A stretch of DNA of 64,000 nucleotides, from NCBI GenBank assembly GCA_020536535.1, contig JAHLWZ010000672.1:62001-126000 (forward strand), given 5' to 3'. This document shows, in pieces, positions 23,501 to 37,316 of the stretch. Origin of the DNA: Pelomyxa schiedti (taxonomy: Eukaryota > Protista > Evosea). Every line of letters begins with the position of its first letter. The stretch's first letter is position 1. The notes under the pieces were generated by a model. It was not told the DNA's origin. It did no database searches and saw only the letters and a list, made by a program, of their open reading frames with translations. A program made the position numbers and the translations under genes.

Positions 23501-26500
23501 ATGGACGATGTGCGTGCCAGGTCCGGGAAGAACAAAGGCAAAGACAAGACCAGACGGTATTGCGATCTTCGCTTTTGGGTGTTTTTTGGTGGGGCATTTT
23601 TTCCCTATTTTTTCCGTTTTTTTTTTTTTTTTCCCCTTATTTTCTACGTGGTTGCAGTGCACACCTCACTCTTCACTACTTACTAATTTGGCCGTTAAAG
23701 AAGAAGCTATAACACAAGATACAAAGTCAAGCAGCAAAATGCGAAGTCGGGAGCTAAGCAACCAATAAGTAGCACTACGACACGCTCTGCAACGCCTTCG
23801 GCCGCGCGGGGTACCCCTGGGGAACCGGCACATACAACCGCAGCAGTTGCTTCGAGTCCTTCATCGGTTAGCATAGCTCTTCCTTAACTACGCAAGTTCT
23901 TACTTCTTCCTAAATCAGCCAATAAGACCAAAGGAGAGTATTGACTCCGTCATTCAGTTCAACATCCAGGATGCCAGTCCCAGTTCTGCTCTAGCAGATG
24001 ACGAAGGGGTTGAGTTTGACAATCGAAGTCCGCTGGTGGAAGACGACGTTACTTCACCGAATCAATCTCCCCGAATGCCTCCTCGCCTCTCATCTTCTGA
24101 GGATGGGGGTGATGTCCCAACTAACACTGAAGTTGGTAGCTCAGAACCAACTAAAAAGAGCGAAATCAATCAAGACAAAGGAAGCAATGACCCAAAGGAG
24201 CAAAGTAATCTTGTTGCACTGAAGAAAGACAACACAGAAGATACTGAGAAGAAGGAACCTAATGAAAGTAAGTTGGCGAAAAGTGAACCTTCAAAAACAT
24301 CTCCTGCCCTGTCATCGAAAAAAAAGCGCAATCAAACAGATGATAGCCAAGGGGAGTCAAGTGAACCTATGAGCCACAAAGATAATGACAACAAGCGTAG
24401 TAAAAGGAGACCACTCTCAACTACACGGAAAAAAGAAAAGAAAAAACGCAAAGAGAGTGATGGGAGTGATGCCTCCAGTGAAAGCACACCTGATAGTGAC
24501 ACAAGTAGTGACAGTGACAGTGACAGTTCTGCAGAAAGTGATGAAGACTGGCTTGGAGAAAATGCAACCAAAAATAGGAGGAAGGCCCAACCCAAATATC
24601 GCTCAAGTAAAAACAAAAAAAAGGACAGATACCCAAAAAGAAAGAAGCAACCTTCAAAAAAGAGCAGGAATGTCAAGAGTGATCCTGAGGAAAGTGAAAA
24701 AGACACATCGGAGGAGGAACCCAAAGCAAGCCAATCTGATGAAACTGACAGTTCAGATGGCAGCAGAAAAACTTCAACACAGCCACGGCAAAGCAAGGAT
24801 GGAGATTCCGATGTGGAAATTATTGAGAACTGCCCGCCACTCTCCGGAGGCACAATCGACTCTACGAAGGGAACGACTGATGGGCAAGTAGCTGATCCAC
24901 CAACTGAAATGGGCAACTCTAGCACACATCAGTCATCCAACAGTTTCAATCTTAATGAACAGAGCACGAAGTTACCAGAGCGCAAGGACTCACTCCTTCC
25001 TGAAGACAAACAAACTAATACTGCTGACTGTGATCCTGATAAGAACCTCAATTCCTGTGACCCAAGCTCTTGTGCTAAATCCAAAACACCAGTAATAAAT
25101 GACTCCGTCACCCGTGATACACAAGGGTCAACTCCGTCTTTGGAAACAGTGCCACCCATATCAACAAGACATGATAACCAATCGACAGATAACAGTGAAA
25201 ATGCAACCCCACACAAATCAAAAAGTGACACACCACTAAAGATACATGAGCCAGAGGTTGTAGAAGAATCGAAGAAAGAAACCTGTGATAGCCCTTCAAA
25301 GAGCAAAAAAGGGAAGGTCACAGAATCACGTAAGAACTCGGCTACTGCCAAGGGTGATACAGCTTCCAAATCAGACAGTAGTGACAGCAGTCAACATGAT
25401 AATACGGCTGCAAAAGGATCACAGAAGAAAAAAGGGTCTCCATACAAGAAATCTAAATCCAAAGACTCTGGTATCCTCTTCCTTTCCCCCCTTTTTTTCT
25501 CATAACATCCAGAATCCAGTTCGCAGTCAAGTACCAGCTCACCTGGAACTGAAATTATCTCGGAGGCAGACACCAATGACCCAGATTATCCTTCTCCCCG
25601 AAATCGTAAAACAAAGTTAAATCGTCACAATGCAACCCCTACAGCCAAACCCAAAAAGTGTGCAAGGAGAAAAGTAAGTTCGTCGTCGTCGTCATCATCA
25701 TCAGGGAGCTCATCAGATAGTTCTGGTGCAGATTCAGAGTCTTCTACAAGTAATTTTCCTTTGTCCTTTCTGTGAAATTCAAGCAACACAGAAATCACAC
25801 CAAGAAAGCGCAAGAAGCCTGAAAGATTTGAGCCACACCACACACCAAAATCAAAACAACCAGCAGTGACTACATTGCTGAAAGAGCTGAAAGAGCACCC
25901 CCTTATCTATGTGATTATCAGACAATTAGAGTAATAATTTATCCTAGTGCAGAATCTTATGGTAGGTAATAGGCAACAGACTCTGAAAAACCTAAGAAAT
26001 CGAGCCCAAGTGCTGAAGTTCTGTTACATACTCCGGCTCGTGGCTTTATTCATGGTGTGCCTTTCCGTATCTGTGGTTTCTAATTGAGTCAGGTGAAACG
26101 GAGGAGGCACTTCGCCATGTCGACCAAACTGTTACGTGGGATTCTGTTGGTGGTCTGAAAGAGGGTACTTTTTGGAGCGTTAGTTCCTTTCTCAGAACAA
26201 GAACAGCTATTCGACAGCTGAAAGAAATGGTGATATTACCTCTGCAGTATCCTGAGCTTTTTGCACAATTTCATATAACTCCTCCCCGTGGAGTTTTGTT
26301 TTATGGACCACCAGGTACGGGAAAAACCCTTGTCGCACGTGCCCTAGCAAATATGTGCTCAAAGGTTGTGAATAAACTATCAGTACCATACTTACACCTT
26401 ACTAAGTCGGGACACCCTGTATCTTTCTTCATGCGCAAAGGGGCTGATTGCCTGAGTAAATGGGTTGGAGAAACTGAGCGGCAACTTCGTCTTCTGTTTG

Positions 26501-29500
26501 ATCAGGCGAGGTCTGTGCAACCTTCGATTATCTTTTTTGATGAAATTGATGGTAAGTCACTGTCTTTGGTTTTTCTGGAAACCCTTTTCAGGGCTCGCTC
26601 CTGTGAGATCAAGCAAGCAAGATCAAATACATAGCAGTATTGTATCAACACTACTTGGACTCATGGATGGTCTGGATGATAGAGGAAAAGTTGTCATCAT
26701 AGGTGCCACAAATAGAATTGATTCTATTGATCCTGCATTGAGACGTCCTGGTAGATTTGATAGAGAGTTTCTGTTTCCTCTCCCAACAAGGGAAGATAGG
26801 CTGTAAGTGCTCTCTAACAAATGCTTTTTTTTTTTCCTCGGCCTCATTATCTTCAGGGCTATACTCAAAATACACCTGAAAGGCTGGTTTCCTCCAATTC
26901 AAGAATCTCTTGTGGCCTTTCTTGCAGAACAAACAGTGGGTTATTGTGGTGCAGATCTGAAAGCACTCTGCACAGAGGCAGTATTGCATGCTATACGGGC
27001 AAGATACCCGCAAATTTACAATTCAGAAGAGAGGCTAGAGGTCAATTCAAATGCAGTTGATATCACGGGAGAATGTTTTGAGAAAGCTATGGAAGGCAAC
27101 GAATTTCTGCTTTCTGACACAAACAACACTTAATCAAAAAAGGAATTACACCCACTGCCATGCGTTCTGGTGCCTCCTATTCTCGGCCGCTTCCACCCCT
27201 CCTTGGGCCTTTGCTTAATTCCACTGTTATGGAAGTTCATTCAAAACTCTCCTCTGGTTTTCCCAACTCTGTATTACCCAAATCCCTATGTACCCCTCTC
27301 TGTCTTCTTCTACTTTTAATGACAAGATCAGTGATATCTATTCCAAGGTTGATTATTCACGGAAAGCAAGGTGAGCTTCTTTTCCTTTCCGTTTTCCTCA
27401 TATTTACAGGGTTTGGCCAAAATATCATTGGAGCGTCTGTTTTACATAAATTTGAGGATATCCCAGTCTTTTCTTTAGCTTTACCGACTCTTCTTGCAGA
27501 TCCAAATTCAAAAGTATGGTATGTTTTGTGTTATGTTGAATTTTATTGGGTTTGCATGTTATATATTGTTGTATGTCAAACTTCTCTTTTTAGTTGAACT
27601 AACGCTTTACAAGACTGTCGAGGAGGCTGTGGGAAGCACCATTAAGGAAGCTTTACGTCGTCCGCCCTCCATAATATTCTGGCCCAATATGGATTCATGG
27701 TGGTCAAACACTGACGGTCTAAGCCAGACTGTAGTTCTGCAAATGTTGAATGTACGAATTGCCTCTCGATAAAATAAAACCCTGGCTAGGAATGCCATTC
27801 CGCCAACGTACTGCTTCTTGGAACTGCGGATGTACCTTTTGAAAGCCTTTGCCCTCAATTGCAGCAACTTTTCTTGGGAGCGTCATACAAAGTGCCCCCT
27901 CGCACACATCAGGTCATTTTTTTTTCTTTCAGATCTTGTTTTGACTTTGTCTGAAGGAAATCTTTGAATTTTTTGAATCTATTTGCCTTGTGGCCCTAAC
28001 GCACACACAAGCGGAATTTGCAGCTCCGCCTGTGATGCCACCAGCAACAGAACGGCCTCCCAATAAGAGATTACCTCCTCCCCGGTCTGAAGTGCCTTGT
28101 CAAGCTGAAAGGTATTCTCCTTTTTTCTTTCGACATTCCACTCAGAATATAAAGTCGACAAGTTCGCCAGTTGAGAATGGCCCTGCGAGATATAATCCAA
28201 AGTGTATGCACAGAAAAGCAGTACCAAATCTTTTGGAAGAGTGTGGTAGTCCCTTGCACATTAAAGCAGTATTTTAATAGCAGCCAAGCAAAAACGAGGT
28301 AATGAGGAATACTTCGAGAAGGTGAAATACCCCATAAGTCTTGCCACCATTCTAAAGCGAATTGATGACGACGACTATCCCACTGTTTCAAGCTTCTTGC
28401 AGGACATTGAACTTATGGTGTCCAATGCCGTAGAGTATAATGGAGATGACTACACCTCTCAAAAGATAACCACCCGTGTGTGTAGAGTTGTTTTATGTCA
28501 ATTATTCATTAAAATTTCCCAAAGGCAAAGGCACTGCGCGATGAGATTCTCGAGGCTGCCGATAAAATTGATCCCTTTCTCAGAAAGGTCTCCCTTTGCA
28601 CCCACCAATTCGCCACTCTTACATCTTTAGAGTTGTGAACTCTCCTATCAAAGAAAGAGGAACACTCTCTGGGTTGCGAATGCGGGAGCTACACCTCTTA
28701 AGCATTTAAGCGCTCCCTCTAAAAGGAGTGAAGAAGGTGAAGTGATAGCACCCCTACCAAAGCGGTCAAGAATTTTCGAAGCTCCAAACACTCTTCACAA
28801 TCAATCGCATTCACCATCTCCTCCAATCAGTAACTGCTCTCCTCCCCCAGTGTTCGCTCTCCCCAGCACACCATCAATTATCAGTACAACCAATTCATCA
28901 AGTGCAACCAGCCCTGAAGGTACCCTACTCCCCACCCCAAAGAACCCTACACTGTCTATTCTGGATGGACCGTGTCAGAGTGAGGCAACGGGAGGCGTCC
29001 TAGAATTTGCACTTCCCCCGTCTACGAAAGATGCTTTTCCCAGTGCTGAACACTCAAGTGCATCATCACCAAGCAGTACAACAATTACCACAGCCACAGA
29101 GTCAACCGCATCAACATCAACAACCCCCACCTCCACCTCCACCTCAACCTCAACATCCACATCCACATCCACACCAACCTCAGCCTCGACCTCAACCACA
29201 ACATCGAGCACCACCTCCACTTCAACATCCGCAGCGTCACTTCCACCACCTCCACCGCCTCCACTGCCGTCTGCCCCACCTGAGCACGACTACCCGCAAC
29301 TAGTACTAGTCACTCCCTATGCAACGGAGATGGCGCGGCAGTGCCAATCCTACCCAGTTGAGTGGTTAGCAACCTTGGCTGGTAACGCCATATTGCCTGC
29401 TATTGGCTCTCTCAGAGGCAAACCTTCCAGTGTTGTCTTGCAGGTATTCACTGCCTGCATCACTTTTCCGCACTAACTTCAATGCTAGACAATACGGCAG

Positions 29501-29545
29501 TGCGTGATGGATAAAATTTTGTCAGAACCACCCTCCCAACCCTGA
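23501..29545 (+). CDS. ATAD2: ATAD2/Yta7-family AAA+ ATPase with bromodomain
   Basis: [87 protein letters not shown], and bromodomain [10 protein letters not shown]...[13 protein letters not shown]. The N-terminus is long, acidic/basic and disordered. Confidence 0.93.
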
Positions 29546-29623
29546 TGGCCGAAAAAAACTGTTTTCGCCCAAGTGAATGGCATCAAAAGCCCCAGAACAA
29601 AAAAAATCGTTGTGTGTTGGTTA

Positions 29624-30935
29624 ATGTGGGTTGGGACAAACAATGTCAGTGGGCTCTCGTTTTGGTCCCTAACTGTTTCTTATTTGTCCATTCTGTGCCT
29701 TGTTGGGGGTGGGATACTTCTGGGGTGAGTGAGAACTAAAAACCCCCTCACCACCAATTAACTTTAAAAAAGCATTTCTGTCAATAGATATGTATATTGG
29801 AATGTAGTGTCAGTTGAGGAAACAGACACTCGAGGTTTGTTTCTGTTGCCTGTGCTTTATGATGGTGATTCTTGAAGATATGATCAATGACTACGCGATG
29901 ACATACGAGGATGTTACCGCTTTTCACTCAAATTTTCCACCCAACAATACCTTAATTGTTGTTGCTGGGAGTTCTAACATAACCTCAGTGTGCAATTAAT
30001 CAATTAATTCCTACACATCATTGAAATTAATTAATTTCTCTTTGTAAGGACTTGTGGGAAGAAAATACCACTCTTGGTTATTCAATAAAAATTCTTCAAT
30101 CTGAAGTATCTGTGACATTCCCAGGTAAATTGACTCATCATCTAAAAAGGCATGTGAATTAAGTGTATGCCAGAAAACACATTTGCCGGGAGGAGAGAAC
30201 ATTTTTCAGTATCTGGTTTTGGATCAGACTTTTCCGTTCCATTTTACCAGTGCAAAACTGACTATGACTCTAATACTGTGAGTTCTAGTGTGGAGGGAAT
30301 TATAAGGCAGTAATTTTCCGAAGATTCAGCTCGCTGCCATAACATCGTTTGATATCACGGTGTACCTCAGCATCTCGAGTGAATGGAAAATATTATCTGT
30401 AGTTGGCCAGTACCCCAACCCCTGGCAGGTTGTACCCCATTGCCAATAATTTTCCTCACACAGTTGCACAGGGCTCTGTGGAGGAATCCTACAAACAGTT
30501 TTCTGCATATGACAAAAGCATACAGCGCCTTGGTACCAGGCTATTAGATGCCAGCACACCACATCCCCCGTTCCACCCATCAACTATCACAGCATGGGTT
30601 CAGTCCTGGACAGGATGGGTTGGTTCATTCTTTTTGATTGCGGCTGTTGTCTTTGCATTGGCAAGAACTTCCCCTCATCCTTCCTATACTCTTCCCAATA
30701 TGCTTCCTAACGCCACAAACAGATTTTGGTACTATTACTCTATCTGCTGTACAGAGCATCACTTCTGAGCCAAGGGCTACCACCACCAAAAATAGAGTTG
30801 CTGTTATGCCCTGGTTTGGCATTTATTGCCTTCGAGAAACAGTTGGCACAATTGGAAGCAACCAACAAAACACAGACACCACAAAATTCCGTCAATCCCA
30901 CCAACAACCTACCAGTAATTGTTGCCAGTTGGTAG
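29624..30935 (+). CDS. Hypothetical membrane protein with two predicted TM segments, multi-exon
   Basis: N-terminal hydrophobic FWSLTVSYLSILCLVGGGILLG|YVYW. A second TM, WVGSFFLIAAVVFAL|ILVLLLYLLY, spans a GC-AG intron (30661-30722). No family recognised. Confidence 0.6.
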
Positions 30936-30986
30936 GAACCTAACACGTTTCTACCAAGTTTATAGACTTGTAGAATGATTTTTTGT

Positions 30987-32194
30987 TCAAAGAGTTTTTT
31001 TAAGCAAGTCACGGTAAAACTCTGGTTTCCGATCAGCCAAGTAGGGATTTTCGTTCCTTGCTCTAATGTAGTCCGATTTGTTCTGGTGCAATTCAGTGAC
31101 AATAAGTTCATTTGAACTCTCACTTGCCCTGACAAGCTCAGTTCCATCAGGTGCTAAAATTCCACTGAGACCACAGAACTTGAATTCCAGCATTTCTGGA
31201 GGTTGTTGTGTTGCCGGCGTTGCAGCTGTTGCTGTGGGTGTTGATGTAGATGTGCTCGGAGGCGGTGGATTATTGGCAGGGCACCTTTCCACACCAACGC
31301 GGTTGCAGTAGCATATGAATGTGTGATTCTCGTATGCGCGTGCGGGCAGTATTGTCATGTTTATCAACGGGTTGTTGTTGGCGCTCGGTGTGATGAGTAG
31401 GTTCGCTCCTCGCATGCACAGTACCCTCACAAGTTCTGGAAACTCTATATCATAGCAAATCAGGAAGGCGATTTTCCAACCTGAAGAAGAAATGTTTGAG
31501 CTCCAGAGACAAAGTCGGAAAGGATACCTTGGAATTCAAAGACTGGTGAAAGAATATTGCCTGGTGAAAAGTGCTGCTTTTCATATTTGCCATAGAGGTG
31601 TGTTTTACGGTAGTTGGCAACCTGATTACCCTCCTTATCAATGAATATGACAGAATTGAAGAGTCTATTTTTTTAATTAACATTAACGATTTTCTGGGGG
31701 GTAAATCTTTGGTATTATTATTGTGAACCAGTGGTTCCTTGCACTATTTAGGATGGATTGAACCTTCCATCATATTCTGTTTTCTCAGAGTAACCATAAG
31801 CAATAGCAACATTGTGTTCCTGTGCCATTTCTGAAACAATCTTACTGGATGGGCCAGTCTGCACTTCAGCAAACTGTGCATGCATATTAAAATAAACACT
31901 AATTGCTGTGGTCTATATAGAACTATGTGGCCAACAGCATTATTCTACCCATAATAAGCCAATACAGACCTCTCTGAGCCTCTCCTTTACACCATAGCCA
32001 CACAAGAACAGTTCAGAGAAAATGACAAGGTCAAGAGACAAAACGCCGGCGCGGGCCACCACAGCCCTCATCACTTCCAAGTTGTCTCGTGGGCACGTCG
32101 TCACGCCACCCTGATAAACCCCAACCCTCAGGAACCTAGGCACCTCAGGCTTTGTTGTCCCACCCGTGTCCGCCGCCGGTGTTGTTGTGCTCAT
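30987..32194 (-). CDS. Carbon-nitrogen hydrolase (nitrilase superfamily), R-amidase/DavA-like
   Basis: Glu-Lys-Cys triad motifs DLVIFSELFLCGY, NYRKTHLYG and LICYDIEFPE, plus ARAYENHTFICYCNRVG and C-terminal PYLADRKPEFY. Confidence 0.9.
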
Positions 32195-32453
32195 TTTTAG
32201 GGTAATGCACGGCTACGTTTGTGATGATTGGGAAACACAAAAAAAAAGCCAGAGAGTGATGGGTAATAGGGATGAGGAAACCCTTTTTTTTTTTGTTTTG
32301 TTTTGGTGTTTGGTGTAGTGCTTCTTATGTGTTCCCCCAAAACCGGTATTTCATGTTGAGGGGGTGGATGAGTGGTTATGGGAGTTGGTGGGTTTCTTGG
32401 GACAAAGCTCACAAGAAACTCATGCAGGATGAAATAATGGTCACGATTAGCCT

Positions 32454-33108
<655 letters not shown>

Positions 33109-33298
33109 TTTCTTCTGTTTTATCTTATTGGATTGTTTTAATTTCTCGATCTGCTCATCGGATGTTGGAACGGTGCCGAGACATGTGCTTCCTCCGAGGA
33201 CGCCCCCAAGCTCACTCTTCGGTCTTGATTGGTTTTCCTTTCTGGCATCCAACAGTAACAAGAGATCGTTTTTTTTATTATTCTTTAGGAACCAGAGG

Positions 33299-35142
33299 CT
33301 AATTGAGAAGCTTGGCAGCTTCAGCCTTGCGTGGTTTTATTTTCAGACGCCACAACAAAATAAGGGCAGGCACAATGATTGCAACAAGGAGAGCAAAGGA
33401 GCACAGAGCCACTGTACATATGAGCCACACTTCCCAGACACAGGTGTCCGGTTCTGGTCCATGCTCTGTGTACTGCATGCCTGTGTTTGTGTATGGGCTG
33501 TTGCACTGGCACTCCACTTCGTTGTCACATACCACAGCACATGTTCCGTGTCCACCACAGCTGCTCCAGTATTCAGAGGTTACATAGCACACAAAGTCAT
33601 CGCCCAGGATCGATGCCGTACCTACGTCCGCGCAACACATTACAGTTGTGTTCTGCAGAGGCCAAGGTGCGCAAGTTCTTTCGCACAGCTCTTGTGCATC
33701 CACTCCACATGCCAAATTGCCGGGGCCATTCACATCAGTGTTGTTCACAAGTATCAATCCGTCTAGTCCCCAGTACTCTTGGCTTTTATCTAAAGATTCC
33801 ACGTAAATGCCTCCTCCAAGGTTGCTGGCTGTGTTTCCAGTCATTGTTACTTCGTCGATGAGGTCTCTCGCAACGGTCTCATAATAGATTGCACCCCCAT
33901 TCCGTCCTGCAGAGTTGTCATTGAAGTAGGTATTCCACGGAGTAACGCAGTCCCCGCACGTTGACCAAATGGCACCCCCATCATTACCTATAGATGAACA
34001 TTTTACTCAAAGGGAATTCTAAAGTTGGCCAATTTACCGGCATAGTTCCTGTAAAAAGAAGAATCATCTGGTGAAACTCCGATTGAATCAGTGAAGTAAA
34101 TTGCACCTCCATTCCCATTGCACGAGTTATCTCCGAAGCTGGCCTTGGGAAACTCAGTGTAGGCACACCCCGTAATAAAGACGGCTCCACCTTGGCTTTC
34201 AGCATGGTTGAGAGACAGGACAAAATAATAAAATTGCCCCTCCCCACAGCTCCTGAAATTAAGGGTTTTAAGATGAGGAAGGAACCCTTCATTAATTAAT
34301 TACATACTGAAGATTGATTGCGCCACCGAACTCCGCAGAATTTTGCCGGAAGCTGCCATATCTGAAATCAAAAGTTGGCACAGAATCGAAATAGGTAGCG
34401 CCACCGCCAACTTCAGCTTGGTTATTGGAAAAATCGCAGTAGCGCCCCACCAAATCTTGAACAGCTGAGACAAAAAGAGCTCCCCCGTTATACGCGCTGT
34501 AGCAACCTTAATATGATGTTATCTTTGACTGAGGAGATAGGGGACCAACCAGTAAAACTCATATTGTTTATGTGCGTTGAGTTTGAGTTCATCAGTGTGA
34601 GGCAGCCGCCCCTCGTGGATTCCAGTCTGTTGGTGCCATTGGCGATTGTAAGAGCTGTTAGAGAAATCGCATAAAAACCCCCCACGAACAATCCAGGTGC
34701 ACCACCGCAGTCAATGACTGTGCTGCTCTCACCCTTCCCAATCAAACTGAAGGCAGAGGATGGTCTCAAATAAAGTTAGTAGGAAAAGCGCGTTGGAGGA
34801 AAAAGATACTGTTGATTAACTGTTGTATAATCACTCACATCTACGCAATAGTCACTACCTGCTGCACCACTGTCCTCAGGTGGATATCGGCCCACACCAA
34901 TGTCAATAGTCACATTGATACTTTCACCACACAACAGCATACATTGCCTGATAGTCAAACAAGGGCTCAATTCAGACCCACAACCAGCCCAGTCGTTACC
35001 AATAGTTTCCACATGACTGTAATTCGAAGTAAACAAGGATTGGGTGCCTCAAAAGAAGACTGTCTTACCACAGATAAGAAGACTGCCCGGTACATATTCC
35101 CACGACAAGGAGAACAGCAACCAACGCCAAAAGTCGTTCCAT
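33299..35142 (-). CDS. Type I membrane surface protein with Pmp-like GGA(I/L/V)/FxxN beta-helix repeats and an EGF-like module
   Basis: Signal peptide MERLLALVAVLLVVGICTG; GND..GCG....PCLTI motif; repeated F..N.A..GGAI; CGGHGTC...CQC; TM followed by a short basic tail. Confidence 0.8.
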
Positions 35143-35437
35143 TGGTTCCTTGTGTTTGTTGTTGGAAACCACTTCGCTGCATTTTGGCTAACGGTTTGAT
35201 GATTCTCAAAGTTCAGTGGAAGTTTGGACGATGATGGATGTAGTGCTTAAAAAAGCGGTTTGGGCCGCTCGATCAAAATTGTGGTTTTCCACCACAAAAA
35301 AAGAGTTGTGTTTTGCGTGGTGCAGGCGATTGATTGGGATATGTGATAATCTAGGGATCCTTTGGTTTTTTTTTTTAAAAGCTTTGTTTTTTATCTACTT
35401 GTGTATTTGGTGCCAGTATAGGTCATCTATATATGCT

Positions 35438-36172
35438 TCATTCGTGCTTGTCCTTGGCCAAGTCGACAAGTGTATCCAGCACGCCTCTTTTGTGAGAGCG
35501 TTTGCTTCGCACGGCCACGGCTGCGACGGCGGGGGTGAACGTGTCCCTCACGGTGAGTTTCGGCGACGCCATGTTGGGCGCCGACGTGGGCCCAGGGGGC
35601 GCCCCTGGGCTGTTGTACTTGGCCTGCGGAGGAGGCTCGTAGCGGGGGACAACGGCCAACGGCGTGTAGCTGCCATTGGGATTGGCATTGGCATTGGGGC
35701 TGGTGTTGTACGTGGAATAGGCCGAGGGGGTGGAGGCTTGGCTGGGACTGCCGTAGTAGTAGATTGGGGCTGTCGTGGCAGTGTTTGGGTTCGGTGACAA
35801 GGCCATTCCGGATTGTGGTTGTTGGTACTGGGCAGTGCGAGACGATGACGGCGGTGGTGTGGCTGTGGCCTGTGGCTGCTGCTGCTGCCCATTGGCGTAG
35901 TACTGGCGCAGAAGCTGTTTGTTCTGCTGGTGGGTACTGGCCGCCGTGGAGTATTGTTGTTGTTGTTGTTGTGGTTGCGGCTGATAGTGTGTGGTTGTAG
36001 AGGTAGAGGCGACGGCGGGTGGGTTGGCTACTGCTGCCGCGGCGGACGAGTCGGCGTGGGCTGTTGGGTAGTGGCCGCAGTAGTCGCAGGCGTTACCGGT
36101 GGCTGGGAGCACGTAGTCCGCACAGTCGCACTGGCTGCAGCGACCACGTACCTTGCCTTGCCTATCTCTCAT
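35438..36172 (-). CDS. Intronless 244-aa protein with an N-terminal Cys/His putative zinc-binding motif and Q/P/Y-rich low complexity
   Basis: RGRCSQCDCADY...CDYCGHYPTAH followed by poly-Q/T tracts; continuous ORF. Confidence 0.75.
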   Translation of the reverse strand: MRDRQGKVRGRCSQCDCADYVLPATGNACDYCGHYPTAHADSSAAAAVANPPAVASTSTTTHYQPQPQQQQQQYSTAASTHQQNKQLLRQYYANGQQQQPQATATPPPSSSRTAQYQQPQSGMALSPNPNTATTAPIYYYGSPSQASTPSAYSTYNTSPNANANPNGSYTPLAVVPRYEPPPQAKYNSPGAPPGPTSAPNMASPKLTVRDTFTPAVAAVAVRSKRSHKRGVLDTLVDLAKDKHE

Positions 36173-36247
36173 CCTTTTTTTCTTTTTTGATTGGGTTTAT
36201 TTTCCGCGAAATGGAGTTCCAAAACAATTACACCCTCAGGATTTGCA

Positions 36248-37251
36248 ATGGAAAAACAAGCCGTCGCACTCAGCGCATCGGATTTCAGGCACGAGAGGCA
36301 CAACGACAAGAATGTGGTCACCGTCAACGACGTGCAGAAGCTCGTCGCCGACAGCACCAGCACCACCACCACCGGCGGCGTGCCTCCGCCACCACCGCCC
36401 ACAACAACCGAGAGGCTAGGCCTGATCGGGGGCGGTGCCGCGGCGGCGGCGGCTGCAGCGACCGCGGCCGGGGTTGTCTCGTGGCGGGCGCTGTCCTCCA
36501 CCGCCTCCTCCGCCGCGGCGGTGTGCAGCGGTGGGTCGTGTGCGCTGCGCCCGCCCCCCGCTCTTGGCGGCCGGCTCGCCTCCTCGTCCCTGCCTCGGTG
36601 GGGCGGCTCGCTGCTGGGCGCGGGCACCGGCGGGGGGGCGGCCCAGAGCGCACTGGGCGGGGCGGCGAGGCACCTATGCAGCATCGGCGGCGGCAGCAGC
36701 ACGGGGGGGCCACGGCTGCCCCTGGCTCCTTCTGGGGGCGGCAGGGGGGGCTCGTCTGGGGGGGCTCAGCTTGCTCTCGTTGGAGTTGTATGTGCTCGAA
36801 CTGTTTGTTGTATTTTGGATTGGTTGGTGGGTGTGCTTTTTGTTTTTGATTTTTTTTTTCTTAATAGGTAAGTAAATTAATGTGTCGAAAAGGGTGTTGC
36901 ACTGGCTGCGGCTGCGATTGGTGGGTTGTATTACTATTACTTTTCAAAGAGTGGGGAAGAACCTAGTACTGCAACTACTCCCACTGCTACAACTCCAACT
37001 TCCTGTTCCAACCTCACCTCTGCCTCTCCAATTAGTGAACTTCTTTGCGCACTCTGCATGGAAAATAGGTGAACGTCGTCCTTCCACCCCTCTCGTTTAT
37101 TAACATGATTGTGCACTATAGTGTGGACACTGCTCTTGTCCGCTGTGGGCACACTTTGTGCAATACATGCTTACAGCAACTGCACACGCCTGTCAACTGC
37201 CCATTTTGCAGACAGGCAACCACTGATACCATTAAAATCTTTTTCGTTTAA
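36248..37251 (+). CDS. Membrane-anchored C3HC4 RING-finger E3 ligase
   Basis: G/A-rich N-terminal half, TM GVALAAAAIGGLYYYYF, and C-terminal CALCMEN|SVDTALVRCGHTLCNTC...CPFCR. Confidence 0.8.
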
Positions 37252-37316
37252 ACTGGAAATTTGGCAAGAGAAAAAAAGAAAATTTTTTGGAATTTCATTC
37301 TTTGTTTTCCAATATA

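Noticed and set aside
31481-31527. GTATCCTTT donor in the amidase gene as a U12-type intron
   Set aside because: No TCCTTAAC-like branch site, only 47 nt long, and GTATCC-type donors recur among the generally pyrimidine-rich donors here.
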